A stretch of 64,000 bases of DNA from Auanema rhodensis (lineage: Eukaryota > Animalia > Nematoda). The notes beneath the pieces were generated by a model. The model was not told the origin of the DNA. It saw only the letters and a list, made by a program, of their open reading frames with translations, and searched no databases. The translations under genes were made by a program, and so were the position numbers. The stretch spans positions 6,572,001 through 6,636,000 of the forward strand of contig OZ059897.1 in assembly GCA_964057225.1 (NCBI GenBank), read 5' to 3'. Shown piece by piece: positions 50,174-64,000 of this stretch (the stretch's first letter is position 1; each line of letters opens with the position of its first letter).

Positions 50174-51797
50174 ATGTCCGATCACATAGATTTTCATCCA
50201 GGACGAGTTAGTAATTCTGAATTTTATAGTTATATAAGATATATTATATATTATAGATAATAAATAAAAGATGGGAAGTTATTACAAAATTAGGTGAAGG
50301 AGGATGCGGAAGTGTTTTCCGAGTTGAAGATTCACTTCAGAGAGGTCGTTTTGCAGCATTAAAAGTCAACATATCTGATTAAAGCGATGATTTAATACAA
50401 ATTCTTTTTTTTGTGTGCAGGCTGAACCAAATTCTGAAGATGTGGAAGGTATTCTGAAAATGGAGGTGGCAGTACTTAAAGCCTTACAATCCAGAAAGAA
50501 TGTGGTGAAGCTACTGTATTCAGGTAAACGAAAATCATATAAGTAAGTTTGTTTGAAGCTGTAATCATGTTTTGAAGGTTTTTCCTTATTTTCGATTATA
50601 TAGCTTGTAATGTTATTATAGTTATATTGTACTTTCACTATGTGGTTCTGATCTAAATTCATTACGTCGGAAGACACCAAACGGCTTTAGCGAGTGTACA
50701 ATCATCAGAATAGCTTTGAATATATTATATGCTATTAAACAAGTACGATTTATTGAAAAATTTTTGTTATTGAACTAAAATTGAAAAATATTACTTAAAA
50801 GAATTATAATAATACTCAGATTCATGAAGTTGGATTTGTACATCGTGATGTTAAGCCTGGAAATGTAATGAACGGCTTTTCCGGTCGAGAATCCCGAATA
50901 TTCTTTTTAATTGATTACGGTACAGTTTGTATTTATGCATTGAAAATACATAATCTTCAGGCTTAGCAAGATCATTCGTTGTTCAAAAGAATGGAACCAA
51001 AGTACTTCGTGAGCCAAGAAAGAATGTCTTATTTCGTGGAACAACACGATACTGTTCATATTCAGCCCATTTAAGATTAGAACAAGTTATTTTCATTCTA
51101 TTCTCTTAATTGTTTTTGAGAAAATTTCAAAGTTTATCTGATGTTTATACTATGAGTTTAGGGTCGAGTTGATGACTTGTGGTCAATGCTGTACATGTTA
51201 ACACAGATTTACTATGGTTTACCATGGGATAAAATGAGAATTGAGGAAGATATAAAAGCAAAAAAGCATGAATTAACAGATGCTGAAGTATTCAAAGTAT
51301 AATTTGAGCAAGTTTGTTAAGTTTCAAGCATGTACATTTGAGCATTGTCCGAAAGTCTTCAATGGTATTGCAAGCTATTTAAGAACATTACAATGCATAG
51401 ATCGTCCAGATTATTTCAAAATATATTCAATGGTATACATAATATTATTTTTAAATATTTAAAACATATTATATAATACTTATATATACATATATATTAT
51501 ATGCTTTTTATTCTTTTTATCCTCTAAGAAATTCTAGTTAATCAGTGCCATGAGACAAGAACGTCATACACTATCGGAGCCATATGAGTGGGAGTTAAAT
51601 ACCAAACGACATGAAGATGTATCAACAGCTATTGAATACAGTGAACGTGAATTACAAAATAAGAAACCATTGCCAGGTTGTTATTCAAGTTCTTAATCAT
51701 GCTCTAACTATACAGAGCTTTAGATGATGAGCTAGAATATCTTCGGTATCCACATTTACACCCAAGAAATTTTCAAGAAATTGTTCTTAATCTTTGA
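50174..51797 (+). CDS. Tau-tubulin-kinase-like (CK1 group, nematode-expanded) Ser/Thr kinase, multi-exon
   Basis: RWEVITKLGEGGCGSVFRV; AALK|AE; LKMEVAVLKAL; IHEVGFVHRDVKPGN; LIDYG|LAR; FRGTTRYCS; EQ|GRVDDLWSMLYML; LPW; RPDY; PYEWE. Confidence 0.92.
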
Positions 51798-52307
51798 TAG
51801 TTTTGAATTTTAAATTTGATAATGTTATATATAATTTGTAACAAGAAGTAGTTCAGAAAACAACAAAAATATATAATTTTATCTAAAAATTTATAAGTTG
51901 AGATCAAAAAAATAGGAAATTTGCATAAATATAAATCACAGAATAAAGAAAAACGAGTACGTTCTATGGTTACGAACTATCCTCGCTACCAGTTTCATTG
52001 GCATCTGTTAACTTCTAATTCAGAAAACAACTTCACATAGAATAGTAATTGCAAGTATTACAACTATGTATATATATATATATGTATATAGTTAGTTAGT
52101 TAAGAGTTGTGAGGTGATTTCAGATGAGGAATAATCAGTTTGATCACTAAATCAGCTGCTGCTCAATCTTAGTTTGTCATTATCATAATCTCGATATCCG
52201 TTTTTCTTATTTTTTATGTCTATATGTGTGTATGTTTGACGTATAAGATTAAGGCTAAGAAAACGGTGATAAACATGATTTGAGCTAGCTTTTTTGGATT
52301 TGGGATA

Positions 52308-55243
52308 TCACATGATGGGAGTTCGAGCTCCTAGGTTTTCCATTGCGCTATGAATGCGAAAATGCAGTTTATTCTCCAAAGAATAGCCCTTGATATGACG
52401 AGCTTTTGCCAGTAATTCTTGTGCTTCCTGAAAAGCAAAATGAATTTATGAAAATTTAATAGAAAGCCAACCTCTCTATTTCCTTCCGAAATGCGAATAA
52501 GAGCACATTCGTAAATTGTATTTGGTAGTAGATAGGTAAAATCTTTTATTTGTTGATTCTGAGAAGCTCTGAAAATAAAAAAATAGAAATTATAGATATT
52601 TCTCCAATCCGAAGAATTATTTTGAAATTTAAAAATGGGAGGTTGACATAATAAGTAAGACAGTAGTAGAGGAGAAGGTGGAGGGGTGAGAAGAGAAGTT
52701 GAAAGGAGTTAAAGCTAATTTTCTATTTTGATATTAGATCGTTTGATTAGCGTAAAATTCTCAATCATAAATAATCAGAAAGTTAAATAATAAAAATAAT
52801 ATAATAATATATAATTAAATTACTTTATAACTTCATTAAATGATTGTTCAGCTTCAAAATATTTTTGTAAATGTCGAAGTGTGACACCACGGAGAAAATG
52901 ATATAAGCATCTGTCATCAGCATCAGCTGAAAATTGAAATAAAATAAATAAATAAATAAATAAATAATAATAATAATTAAGAAAGAAGGAACTATGCTAA
53001 CCAGTTGAGCTATAATTATTCCACGTTTTTTCAATATCATTATAAAAATGAACCAATAATGGCTTATTTGAGCTCAAAATATCAAAACCATTCCAAAAGT
53101 AAATAAATTCCTGAAATTATATAATAATTGAGAAAGTTAATATAATATGATATATCTCACATAATGTGCAAAAAGAAGTGATTTCGTATTCACATAGCGA
53201 TTTGCTTTTCGTGCGCAATACTTCTCAATCGGAATAGATTTGCCGGCAATTCGATACCTCAAACCATCGACTTTCCTAAAATAAAGTCTTCCTAGATTCA
53301 ACTATCAATGATGAAAAGCCTACTTGGCTAGTACTGAAACGGTTTCTTCTCGTTTTTTTTCATCAGTTGATTGATCAGCAGCAAAGAATACCGTTAGTGT
53401 GTATGTATATACACATCTTGACCACTTTGATTCATTAACTAATAGTTTGGCATAATTAGCCGCTATATCCCATTCTCCAAGATAACTATGAGCGAATCTG
53501 TAAAATAGAACAAAATCAAAAAAAAAGTCTGGTTAGGCAAGCTGCTATTGCGGTTAAAGCATAACTAGCTTAATCAGCTTAAAACTTGAACATACAGTAA
53601 TTCCCAATAACACCCGTGATGGAATTGCTTGTAAACATTTTGACATTGTATTGATTGATTGAAGAAGTGAATAGCTGAATGTATGTCGGAACAGACAAGA
53701 AGAAGACGTGCTCGAAGAAATAATATCAACGATCCCTACAAGAAGAAAGTAAAGAAGCTCGAGGTCTCACGAAAATCTCCTACTTTTGGATATTTGGCAA
53801 TCATCGAAGGTAAAAGTCGATGACATAGTGCAATATCAGGTTTTCCTGCTCCGAATACAAAACATGCAACTAGATGCCATGTTAAAAGAAGTAGAATACA
53901 GAGAGGTGAGTGCAAAGTATCTGACATTGAAGCGCAATGCTGCAGTTCACGCATTCCAACTTCCTGAACAAGCTCAATGTAGCGAATATTCAGAAGAGAA
54001 TTGGATACCTTGTCTCCAGTGAAGCCGACAACTTCGAGCAGTCGAAGAACTTTGCTCGGAAGAGTTGAAATCATGAGATTAAAAGTTCCAAGCCCCATAC
54101 GAACTCCGGATTCAAATTGAGAACGAACTTGCTTATCACGTCCTACCCACAAGCTTTCATCGTTCATCATACGCTCACAAGCTCTGTTATTGTTAATTTT
54201 TATTGAAAGCCATGCTATCACAAGAGAATATACCTATATGTGCGATAACATGTTCGAATATTCAAAGCTCCTTTGATAAAACTAGCAAAGTTATCATCGT
54301 GAAAGAAGGTTAAAACAGCTCGAATTAGAAGAATTTCTGCATAGCAGAGTTCAGCATGAAGTTCTTCTATAAATATAAAAACACTATTCCAAATAAATCA
54401 TAAATAATATCGTACGATCAGTGATTGTTTTAGTTTTTAAGCCAAAAATTGAATCAGAAAACGAATATTTTTGTCTGAAAGCACTGATGACATTAGTAGC
54501 TGATTTACATGCTTCCATAGAACGTTCCAAATCTTTCTATAATTATCAAATTTTATATATGATTATTATTATTATGAAAAAACCTTATCACACGTCATAA
54601 GTGCTTTGATAAATACAATTGTATTATATCCTAATGCATGATACATACTTTGTGAACACCTGCAACATTCTTTAAAATTTTGAATAAATTATATATGTAT
54701 TTATATATAATTTATAATTATATAAAATTATATAAACGAGAAGAAAATCAGAAGAAGAATTGTTAATCACTTACAGTCCAGCCATTCGTTCTTCAGCTAA
54801 TTCAAATTTATTATTTAAAAATAGATTCATTGTTATTTGAGTTTCTCGGATTGTATCTAACAGCTCCAATGAATTTTCACTGGAAAAAACAGAGGATTAA
54901 CAGACTGTTTTTTATAAACTTCATTTATCATTACTATTACAACCGTTTTGTTGATACTATCAGTCCAAAAAATAAAAAAATAATAAAATTTACATTTTTT
55001 TACGTGAACAACTACATATGCGTATGCTAATTCTACGTGAAAAATATTCAAATAATATATTTTCAAATATACGTGAGATATGTTCACGTGAAATAATTGA
55101 ATAACCATATAGTTAAAATAAAATTATAATTAAACTTACTATGTAACATTCTCATTTGCATCCATGTATTCAACATCGCTGGCATGACTACTGCCTAATG
55201 TTATTCGTGAGAGTGAACGAGGACGTTCTACCTCCACATTCAT
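52308..55243 (-). CDS. TTC39: Tetratricopeptide repeat protein 39 (TTC39/IML2 family), multi-exon
   Basis: [13 protein letters not shown]; YHALGY; [37 protein letters not shown]; [36 protein letters not shown]; [10 protein letters not shown]; [17 protein letters not shown]; [19 protein letters not shown]. Confidence 0.92.
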
Positions 55244-58200
55244 ATCTAAAAGTGGAATGATCATAAAACAAAGAAAAAAACGTGGAAAAAATGAAATAAA
55301 TTTGAGAAAAGCTCAGTTTTATAATTAAGAAACTTTATTTCAATTCATAACTAGCAAATATACGATATTATTTTGATTTTTAACACATGAAAGCATTATG
55401 TATATATGTTTGTGTATGTACATACATATAATTCTTGTATACTTATAATAATTTAAAATTACTAATTTGAAAAGCAATTGAAGTGGAATTAAGATTCTGA
55501 AGAAACATGCAAAAACGGAGATTATTGGTTATTTAGTAAATGTGAATTTGAAATTAATTATAGTATATATATTTATATCTTTTAGTCATATTTGTTGTCA
55601 GAAAAATCACCTAGTTTCATATTTTAGTTAGATTGGCTTATTTTTTAAATTTTCACTCGAAACACTTTTTTTTTCAAAAAAAAAAAGGAAAAGACTCTGT
55701 CAATGACGTGATAGGGAAGCTAAAAGAAGGAATATCCAAGTTCACAAACGAGGAAATATTCCTGTGAATGGTAAATTGGATGGGATAGATTGAGTGGATA
55801 AAGCTGAATAATTCACAAAAAAATGTTTTTTCCATTCATTTGGTCATCAGAAAAAAAAAGATTAATAACATATACATATGAATGAATGAATTTTTTTTTG
55901 ATTTTTTATTTGAATGCTTAGAAATGAAAGAAAAATTAAATAATTTGTATTGGTGTTTTGTAAACTGAATCAGTAAACACAGGTTATTGAAGCTTTCAAA
56001 ACGAAAATAACTGCTGAAAGCGTGTAGTATTTAGACCATATTCCAGTTAGTTGAAGTAGCTGCTAGATGTTGTTGGGAAGTGAGATATTTCAGGCAATTT
56101 AATCAGTTTTCTTGAGACAATCGAAATAGAAAATGTATATAAAAGAAGAAGAAAGTTATAACTACAAATCAGACAAAATCAGCAAAAATGGAAGCAGTTG
56201 CAATGAAAAGAGTGAGAAAAAAAGGAAAAACATTATGAGAACGAGAAGAAAAAAATGAATATGGTCGCTAGATGTTGAAGAAAGGAAGAAGTTTGGTAAC
56301 TGTGAAAGTCTTTGTTCTCTGAACAGAATTGGAGGTAGAAAAGCATAGATAAGCAGTCAATCAACTAGCTAATTGTCAGTTAGCATCGAAAATTTCGTCT
56401 GAAAAAGGTGAAATAGCGTAGGAAAAGATTATAGATTATGAGATGATGATTAAAGAATTTGAGGGGGGGGGGGGAATGGAAATGTGTGAATTAGGCCTAG
56501 TAGAACGTGTCGGAATTTGAAAAACAGAAAGCTGGAACAAACTATAGAGCATCTGAATGAATTGCTACTAAGAAGTGTCAGCTTAGACACATTAAGGAAA
56601 AAGAAATCACGTGGAGTCTTTATCGTGGTAAGCGTCGAGCACATTGGCTTATTAGCTTCCTAATGAGACTAAAGACAACGTTTTTCCTTTTAAAGTGATT
56701 TTTTAAGAGAAAAAACGATGAAGGAGACCGTTAATAGCAAGAAATAATTTGCTTTTCAAATATAATTATATAAGAAATGAAATAAAAATATAAAGAAAGC
56801 AATAAAGATAATTGAAATATACATACATATGTCGAAGAAGTTTGATAAACTTTTTTTTTTATTAATATTGAATGTCTTAAGTGGAAAATATTAATCTTTA
56901 ACTGTCTATATATACATATATATGAGAAGCTTTCTTATAAATCGTGTTGCTATAGGCAACGGAGATAAAAGCGAATAAAAGTATCGGGTGGAAAATATGA
57001 TTTGATGCGAGAATTTATTCATCAATATGAGTGCGGATAAATTAATTTAAAAAAAAAAAAAGTCAAAGAGAGAGAGAGAGAGGGAGAGAGAGAGAAAGAG
57101 AAAGATTTCTATAGAAATCAGGTTGAAATAATGGTATTTAAGATTACTTAACAAAGAGTTTTTTCAATAGAACTCACAAAGAAAATGAGAATTAATGTGA
57201 ATATTAGACAAAGAAAAGTATTAATTCTTATTATAAGTTATATATTCAAATATAGTAATATATAAGATTTAATAGATTATATCAAATCAAACACTTTTAA
57301 AAGAAAAAGAAATGATGAGAATAAAGATAAAATTATCAACACTTCATCTTATCTTGTAAAATAACCATTAAGATAATTATTTAACTGCTCCCACTAAAAC
57401 TGGAAAAAAAGGTTGCAGATAGAAGAAATCATTCAAAATAAATAAAAATAAAAGAATAAAAAAAAGATTTTTAATAAAAAAAAAAAAAGATTTCGGATTA
57501 GAATGATGTATTGAATGATATATGGCATGGCATATACACATCTGTTCCTGAACTTTGATTACAATATATAACATATCAAATTGTTTTTATTTAAAGTAAA
57601 TATAAAGAAAATTTTTAAAAAATATATAGAATATCATACTTTTCTGCTTTTTCAAGTTAGAAATTCGATGTGTAAACTATGTCTCATGTTGATGGTGATG
57701 GTGATGTTGATGTATGAGAGAGAGTAGTATGTATACAAGAATAGAACGTGGAAGCGTTTTTTTTTTGTTCCAAAAGTGAAGATGAACAATAGGAGGAAAA
57801 ACAATAGAGTTTGAACTGATTATCACATACGTGTTGAGTTTGTATTTGGTATATGATAATCGCCTTATGCGAAATTGAAATTTAGATTCGTCTTTTGGTA
57901 AAAGAACTTTTGATTCGTCGTCGTCGATAAAAGACGATAAGAACTTTTCATATTCTAGGGGCACAGAAAACTCAAATATTTTAACACACAAAATCTATAA
58001 TCGCCTTCCTATTTCTAGTTGTGACATATTCAGTAAAAAGAATTTGCAAAGTGTAGAGAAGAGGTGGGAAAGTAGAGAGAGAGCGAAAAAGAGAAAGACA
58101 GAGAGAATAGGAAAGGATTGTGGGAGGTGAGGGAGGTGGGGGCGGGAGTGCAGGTGGGTTCAGTTATTCAGATACAAATCTTGAAATGGACTCTAAACTT

Positions 58201-59220
58201 TGACGGAAAAATAGATGTAAGCAGTGTATGATGCTGTTAGCATGACGATTATCTTATATTATATAGGAAAATGTGGATATAGAAGATATGAGGTGGTAGC
58301 AATTTGAACGAACTTAGAAATAAATCTAATTCCACGAAATATGAAATAAATAAATAAGATGAAAGAATTATATTTATATATGGTAGTAATGGAAGATTTA
58401 ATCAAAGTTTGGACTTATAGATCATAAAGAAGCACCTGATATCCAATAAAAGGATTTCATTAAACGAATTTGATGTGTGATGATGGAAAACAAATAGAAA
58501 TTCAAATGTTATGGTCAGTTAGCTATAGAATTCATGGATGTAGTAGACATTGAATGAACTTGAATGAAGGGCAAGTGTAGCAAAACTGTCTCTGAATCTA
58601 ACCTCAATCCCACGGTTCCAACTGATTTCTATTGAAATTGGTCGCTGTTTTACAAAATGTACATTCAATTAAGAGTGTCGTCATACAATTTTTTTTTCGC
58701 CTAAAAATCGGCCATGTGTATTCATTTAATGGTTGATCTGTTCATACATACATTTATACACACATAAGAACTATAAATACTTTTCTTCCAATGAAATCAT
58801 GGAGATAACACAATCCATTTAAAGTCACATTGCCTATAAGAACAGTAGAACTAAGTAGACGAAGAAGAAGAAGAAGAAGAAGAAGAGAGAGAGAGAAAGC
58901 TGTGGTTCACAGAGATCTCTTATCATACAAATGACGATAATTGCTTTTTCAAAATGTGCTCTGTTTTCTGATAATAGTTCAATCAAAGCTGTCTATGCAC
59001 ATGGTTTATATGTTTTATACACATAGATAATCCACAAGTCTTTGTGTTGATCATGAATATCACTCTATCCTATATATAAATCATTCCATAACTGTCATTG
59101 TTTGCAGATTTCAAAATTTCTTTTTTTTCCTAAAACAAAATAGAAAATATATCTTAACAGCTGTTTTATTTTATATGTTATGCATATCAACACAATTATA
59201 TAATGTTATAGCATATTTGT

Positions 59221-62200
59221 TCATTCGATATGAATGGTACGATCTTCTCCTCCAACAGTATTTCGTAATGTTCGATACTTAACCTGAAATTGAAGAAGTT
59301 TTGTACAATGCTTATGCTTCAAAATTTGTGATGAAAAAGCAAACCTTTTCACGTGAAATTCGTTCACGTCGTTTGGTTAAATCTTCACCAGTCACAAAAT
59401 AAGTCATTTGTAGATTTTTACCCTTAAATATTTCAAATTTATAATATAAATACAGATAATATATAATATAAATATAATACAACATACTTTCATTTCAACC
59501 ATTCCTCGTTCTTCTGTTATATATCCGCCGAGTCGAACCAAAATCTCGTGAGAGGAAGCAGAGCAATTAATTTTCAATGCTAAATTATATATTTTATAAC
59601 TTATTCAAAATAATATATTTATTAATAAATCTTACGTATTCCATTGCTTTCCATTCTGCTTGCAGTATTGACTGTATCACCGAACAAGCAATAACGCGGC
59701 ATCTATAAATATTAAATATTATTAATTTAATAAAAAATAAAAATAATAATTTTATAGCTAACAACCGTTTTACATCATTTTGGATTGATAAATGATTTGG
59801 AAATCTGTCTGTATATGCTAATTAATACGTGAAGTTTTCACGTAATATAGCAATGAATATGAAGAGAGATCATTTCATTATTTGAAGTTGAATATGTTTT
59901 ACCTTCAATCCAACAACACCAGCAACACATGGACCAGAGTGCATACCAATTCGTAAATTTACTTTTTCATTTGGTCGATGATGAATTTTGAAAGTCTAAA
60001 TTCGTATTTTAAATTTATATTAATTCAAAAGATTATAATTACTTTAACAGCTTCTAGTAGAGCAAGTCCCAAACTAGCTATTTCACCAGCATGGTGAGGT
60101 CCATTTGGTATTGGCAATCCGGAAACTACCATATAAGCATCAGCAATAGTTTCAACCTAGAATATCATCCAACGAATATTTAAATAATTTTCAAAAATAA
60201 ATAAATACTTTATATGCATCATATTGCTGAATTATAGAATCGAAACATGTATATAAATCATTTAAAAACTGTACAATCTGAAAAGAAAAGCTATAATGAA
60301 GAAAATTTCAGAGATACTTCACTTCTATCGGTTTACTTGTAGCACTCATTTTCACAAAACCTACACAATCAGAGAAATATACTGTAACACAATCAAATGA
60401 TTCTGCTGTTACTTGATTTCCTTTTTTCAAACTATCAGCTACAACTCTGAAAATTATGAAATAGCATGACGATTCTCGATAAAAAAGTAATTAAAACGAT
60501 AATCTTACGGTGGTAACATCATCTTAAGCAATTGTTCTGATTTTGCTTTCTCTTTAGCTAATTCTTTATTTCGCTCATTAATATCTTTTTCCAATTTTGC
60601 TGTATATTTCTCAATCATTGCTACCATATTATCCATAATTGTCTTTTTTCTGAATAATATTAAGTCTTTTCATTAAATATTTGAAAACTATCTTACAATC
60701 CAACTGTTAAAACACGAAGTTTCTTTTTAATTTGTGAAATCGATGGACGCAGTTCCGGCTCTTCTGCCCACGACGCAGCTACCGTAACCTGCACTTCATG
60801 GGGTGTATCCTTAAACAGTATTTAGCAATTTCTTTTCGCTTATTATAGAAGCCTTATACCTTCAGAACAGCAAGATTAGGCCTGAAAGGTGTTTTATTCT
60901 CATCCAGATTCTTAACTCTTCTCACAATATCTGCAATAACAAGTTGAGACTTCATGTTAACTGCATTTCAGATACCTCGAGGTTCCATCGGCTCATCACC
61001 CCAGGCTCCCACACGACCAAATATCTCATATAGAAGAATAGCAAATGAATATATATCGGCTTTTTGAACAATAATGGGAGAACATTGACTTAATCCAGTT
61101 GACCAGCGAAGTAATTCAGGAGCTGTCCATAAATCTTCTGAAATTTTAAATTTTAATTCCAATCTCCAATACGTATGTGCGTGTGTAACCTTTGCCTTCC
61201 TGAACGTCATCTTGAAGCACAGGACATTCATCACCACGAAGATTCCGTAAACCAAATGAGGATAAACGAACCATCCATCTTGAATCTATCAAACAGTTTG
61301 TTGATTTCAATCGTCCATGACAGCCAATCATGGAGCTATGTAAGAATTCTAGGCCCTGAAGTATTTGTTTGTTGGATTAATTAATAAGCTGTAATCATAC
61401 AGCAACAACATCTCGAGCCATTTGATTAAGAAACAGATCATCTAATGGTAATTCATCATTATCCAATATATCTTTGATTGATCCACGTGATGCCATCTCA
61501 TTTACTAGGAAAACATCGGGTGTATGAACCACCATACCAAGAAAACCCAATAGATTCTCATGATGAGTTTCTTGGAGCTGAATTCCGCACATGCTTGCTA
61601 ACATTTTCTTTTCTTACCGCGATAATTTCCAATCGGTTCTCACGTGTGAACTCTACATCGTTTTTAAATATTCGCTTCAATCCAACTTGAGCGCCTTGCC
61701 ATATACCAATTGAGAAATCAGTAAGCTGTATAGGTTGATGCATGAAAATTTGTTTCTTTTTAGAAGAAATAGCTCACATTGTTCCATCTTGCTGTTTCAA
61801 TGTCTTGACCCGGTTTCAAAGGTCCAGCAGCTAAGACTGACATCATGGAATCAGCGTGCTGAAATTAAGTTTTTGTCAAGTTTAATACAGTTTTTTAAAT
61901 AAACTTCTTTATTCAAATCATTTTGTTGATCATCGTAATCTTGAAGTACAAAATGACTGTTGTTTATGGCAGCTTGAGACTGAAATAAACTAATTGATTT
62001 AAGAATCATTTTCCTAGATTTGTGTTATTTCTGTCAAAAGTTTGGAAACTGCAAAATTTGAGAGTTCATACTCTTTAGAAACATTTCTTCTACAAGTTTT
62101 ATCTGTTAATCTTAAATGCTGAGCTTTTAGTTAATGAGAAAGATGACAGGAAAATCATAAGGAGCAGCATAATGAACTTACAGCATAAACTGATCCATAT

Positions 62201-64000
62201 ACACTATTCAGCTGTTTCATACTATTACTCAAAAGATTAATATGTTTTTTCAGTGTTATATCTTTTCGTTCAATTAAAAATGCTAGTGAATGAAGCTTTC
62301 GCTCAAATCGATATCGCCTAAAACGTTGTTTTTAAAACTTTTTCTCAGCATCTTCTTCGGAACCTAAACAAAAATGCTGAAATAGCCAAAAGGATAAGTG
62401 CTGCTACAACAGCTGCACAGAGAATGAAGATGAGAATCTTATCAGATTCTGACATGCATAATTCTCCATGAAAACCACATGAAGGTGTATCCGATGGTTG
62501 ACCATCTATCCAATTGATTTTCAACGGGTCATCGTAGTGTTCGGTTATCTGAAGATTCAGATGAGCTTATATCCGAAATCATGTGAATATCCAAACCCAT
62601 GTGGTATTTTCCAGTGATCTCTGGCGTACACGTCCAACAGACCAAAGGTTATAATCAGAGTTCTTTTCAAAAAAGTAATAAAGCTGCAAAGCTGCTATCA
62701 GATCTCCATCACTATCAATTAATTCTTCGAATCCAGTCACACCTAAGTTCAGAAATATCCAAATGAAAACCACGTTTTAGGGAGAAAAATCTTACTAGTT
62801 ATGGATCTACTGAGTAAATATTCATAAAAGATTGATCCATCCATAATATTTGCAACCTATTGCGCTCTGTCTTATGTTCAAGAGCTATACAAGAAACTTA
62901 CCTGATTAAGAGCATTTTCACCAGCCATAGCATAAAGCATTAATGAATCATAAGCACGTTGTACTCTACCCCAAGATTCTTTCGGAAGTTTCTTGAAAGA
63001 ATTTCATATTTAACTAAAGTTTTGAATAGGATTCTTACATTTGTTTTAGATTTTTTAGGTGGACATATAGGATCACAAGGTTTCTTATCAATTGTATATT
63101 TTTTGACCTTAAATCTTATAAAATTAGAAATATTTTAATTTGAAAAACAAAAACTTTTTGTTGAAATAATTGCCAATCCTTATTTGCATAAGTGGGTACG
63201 GGAGCATCTGATAGTATAACTAAGTTTTGATAAATAAGCTTTAAATCATTTTCTGTGCTATTGATAAACCAATCTTAATTGAGAAATATTATATTTAAGA
63301 ACCAGGACTTCTGAATATAACCGTCTGGGACTCCAAGTTTTAGATCATATACAGTGCTGGATGGTGAGTTAAGCCATCCTTCATTGTATTGATGAGGAAG
63401 AAATGAAATTACAAAATACTCTCCTTCGTCCATTGAGCCCGTTTCAATCATAGCCTATGTTATTAAAGTTCCAAATGTTCTTTTCAACCTGAATTTTGAT
63501 TTAACAACCTGATAATACTGACGGAAAAATGCTGCTTGACTTGAAGCATCATATATTATGAAAACTGAAAAAAAAAGTTGGAAAAACTTTGATAAAGTTC
63601 AAAGAAGCTTACTTCTAGCTTTTGACATATCAGATTTAACTTTTGCACGCAATACATCAAGACTGTTTGAATTAATTCGTGAATCAACCAAAACTTTAAA
63701 TTTTTCCAAGTTTAAAGTTTCTTAAAGTAAATTTTCAGTTTTATATATCTGAATAGTTTAAAAACTCTTATATTACCTACAAGATAACCTCTCACACTAG
63801 AATAGAATGGATCATCTATAGCTGAAGATGAAACAACAGCTACATTTCGCCATTCATATTGCCGAAGAATAGCCAAAATAGCCTAAAATTTCGAGAATAT
63901 TCTGAATATTCTTTTAAGCAATCCTTTCAAAAACCTTAGTAATTGACATTGGCGATGGATTAAATGAAATGAATTTTCTTGGAACTCCTTTATAATTATT
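59221..64000 (-). CDS. gcy-21: Receptor-type guanylyl cyclase (GCY-15/GCY-21-like); 5' end beyond window
   Basis: ANF-receptor ectodomain ([12 protein letters not shown].., [21 protein letters not shown]) and a TM segment. Kinase-homology domain ([41 protein letters not shown]). Cyclase domain ([41 protein letters not shown]|[21 protein letters not shown]). Stop at 59221-59223. The paralogue number is from recollection only; the family call is secure. Confidence 0.9.

Noticed and set aside
51960-52020. Exon-like KLTDANETGSEDSS* downstream of TTC39 on the minus strand
   Set aside because: No phase-compatible donor was found to make it an alternative last exon.
1-64000. Telomeric TTAGGC arrays or programmed-DNA-elimination break motifs, CRISPR arrays, rRNA, intact tRNA
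   Set aside because: Only scattered single TTAGGC words were seen, with no arrays. I cannot reliably identify an elimination motif by eye, and none of the other features were found.

Overview
AT-rich eukaryotic genomic DNA from a nematode, most likely a clade V/rhabditid. This is inferred from the very short (~40-60 nt) GT..TTTCAG/TTTTAG introns, outron-type acceptors just before start codons, and clear C. elegans-like orthologues. The ORF track is mostly spurious, so genes were reassembled by eye from spliced exons. Genes in order: 3' end of a coiled-coil gene; a small prepropeptide-like gene; a divergent ING3 paralogue (+); a UBXN-3/FAF1-like gene (+); an internally deleted mariner; a small secreted Cys protein (-); canonical ing-3 (-) directly downstream of NDUFB8 (-, probable operon); a secreted EF-hand protein (+); an alpha-arrestin (-); a ~12 kb gene-poor, microsatellite-rich region leading into an AEX-2-family GPCR (+); a tiny S/T-P-rich gene; a TTBK/CK1-family kinase (+); TTC39 (-); and a receptor guanylyl cyclase (-) that runs off the window end. 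The best leads are the locally duplicated, diverged ING3 copy, two orphan secreted proteins (one with an SPH/S1-like pattern, one neuropeptide-like), a mariner derivative that keeps only its DNA-binding ORF, recurrent phased ACGTG clusters and a long isolated hairpin. No CRISPR, rRNA or intact tRNA was seen. No database searches were run, so family calls rest on recognised motifs.
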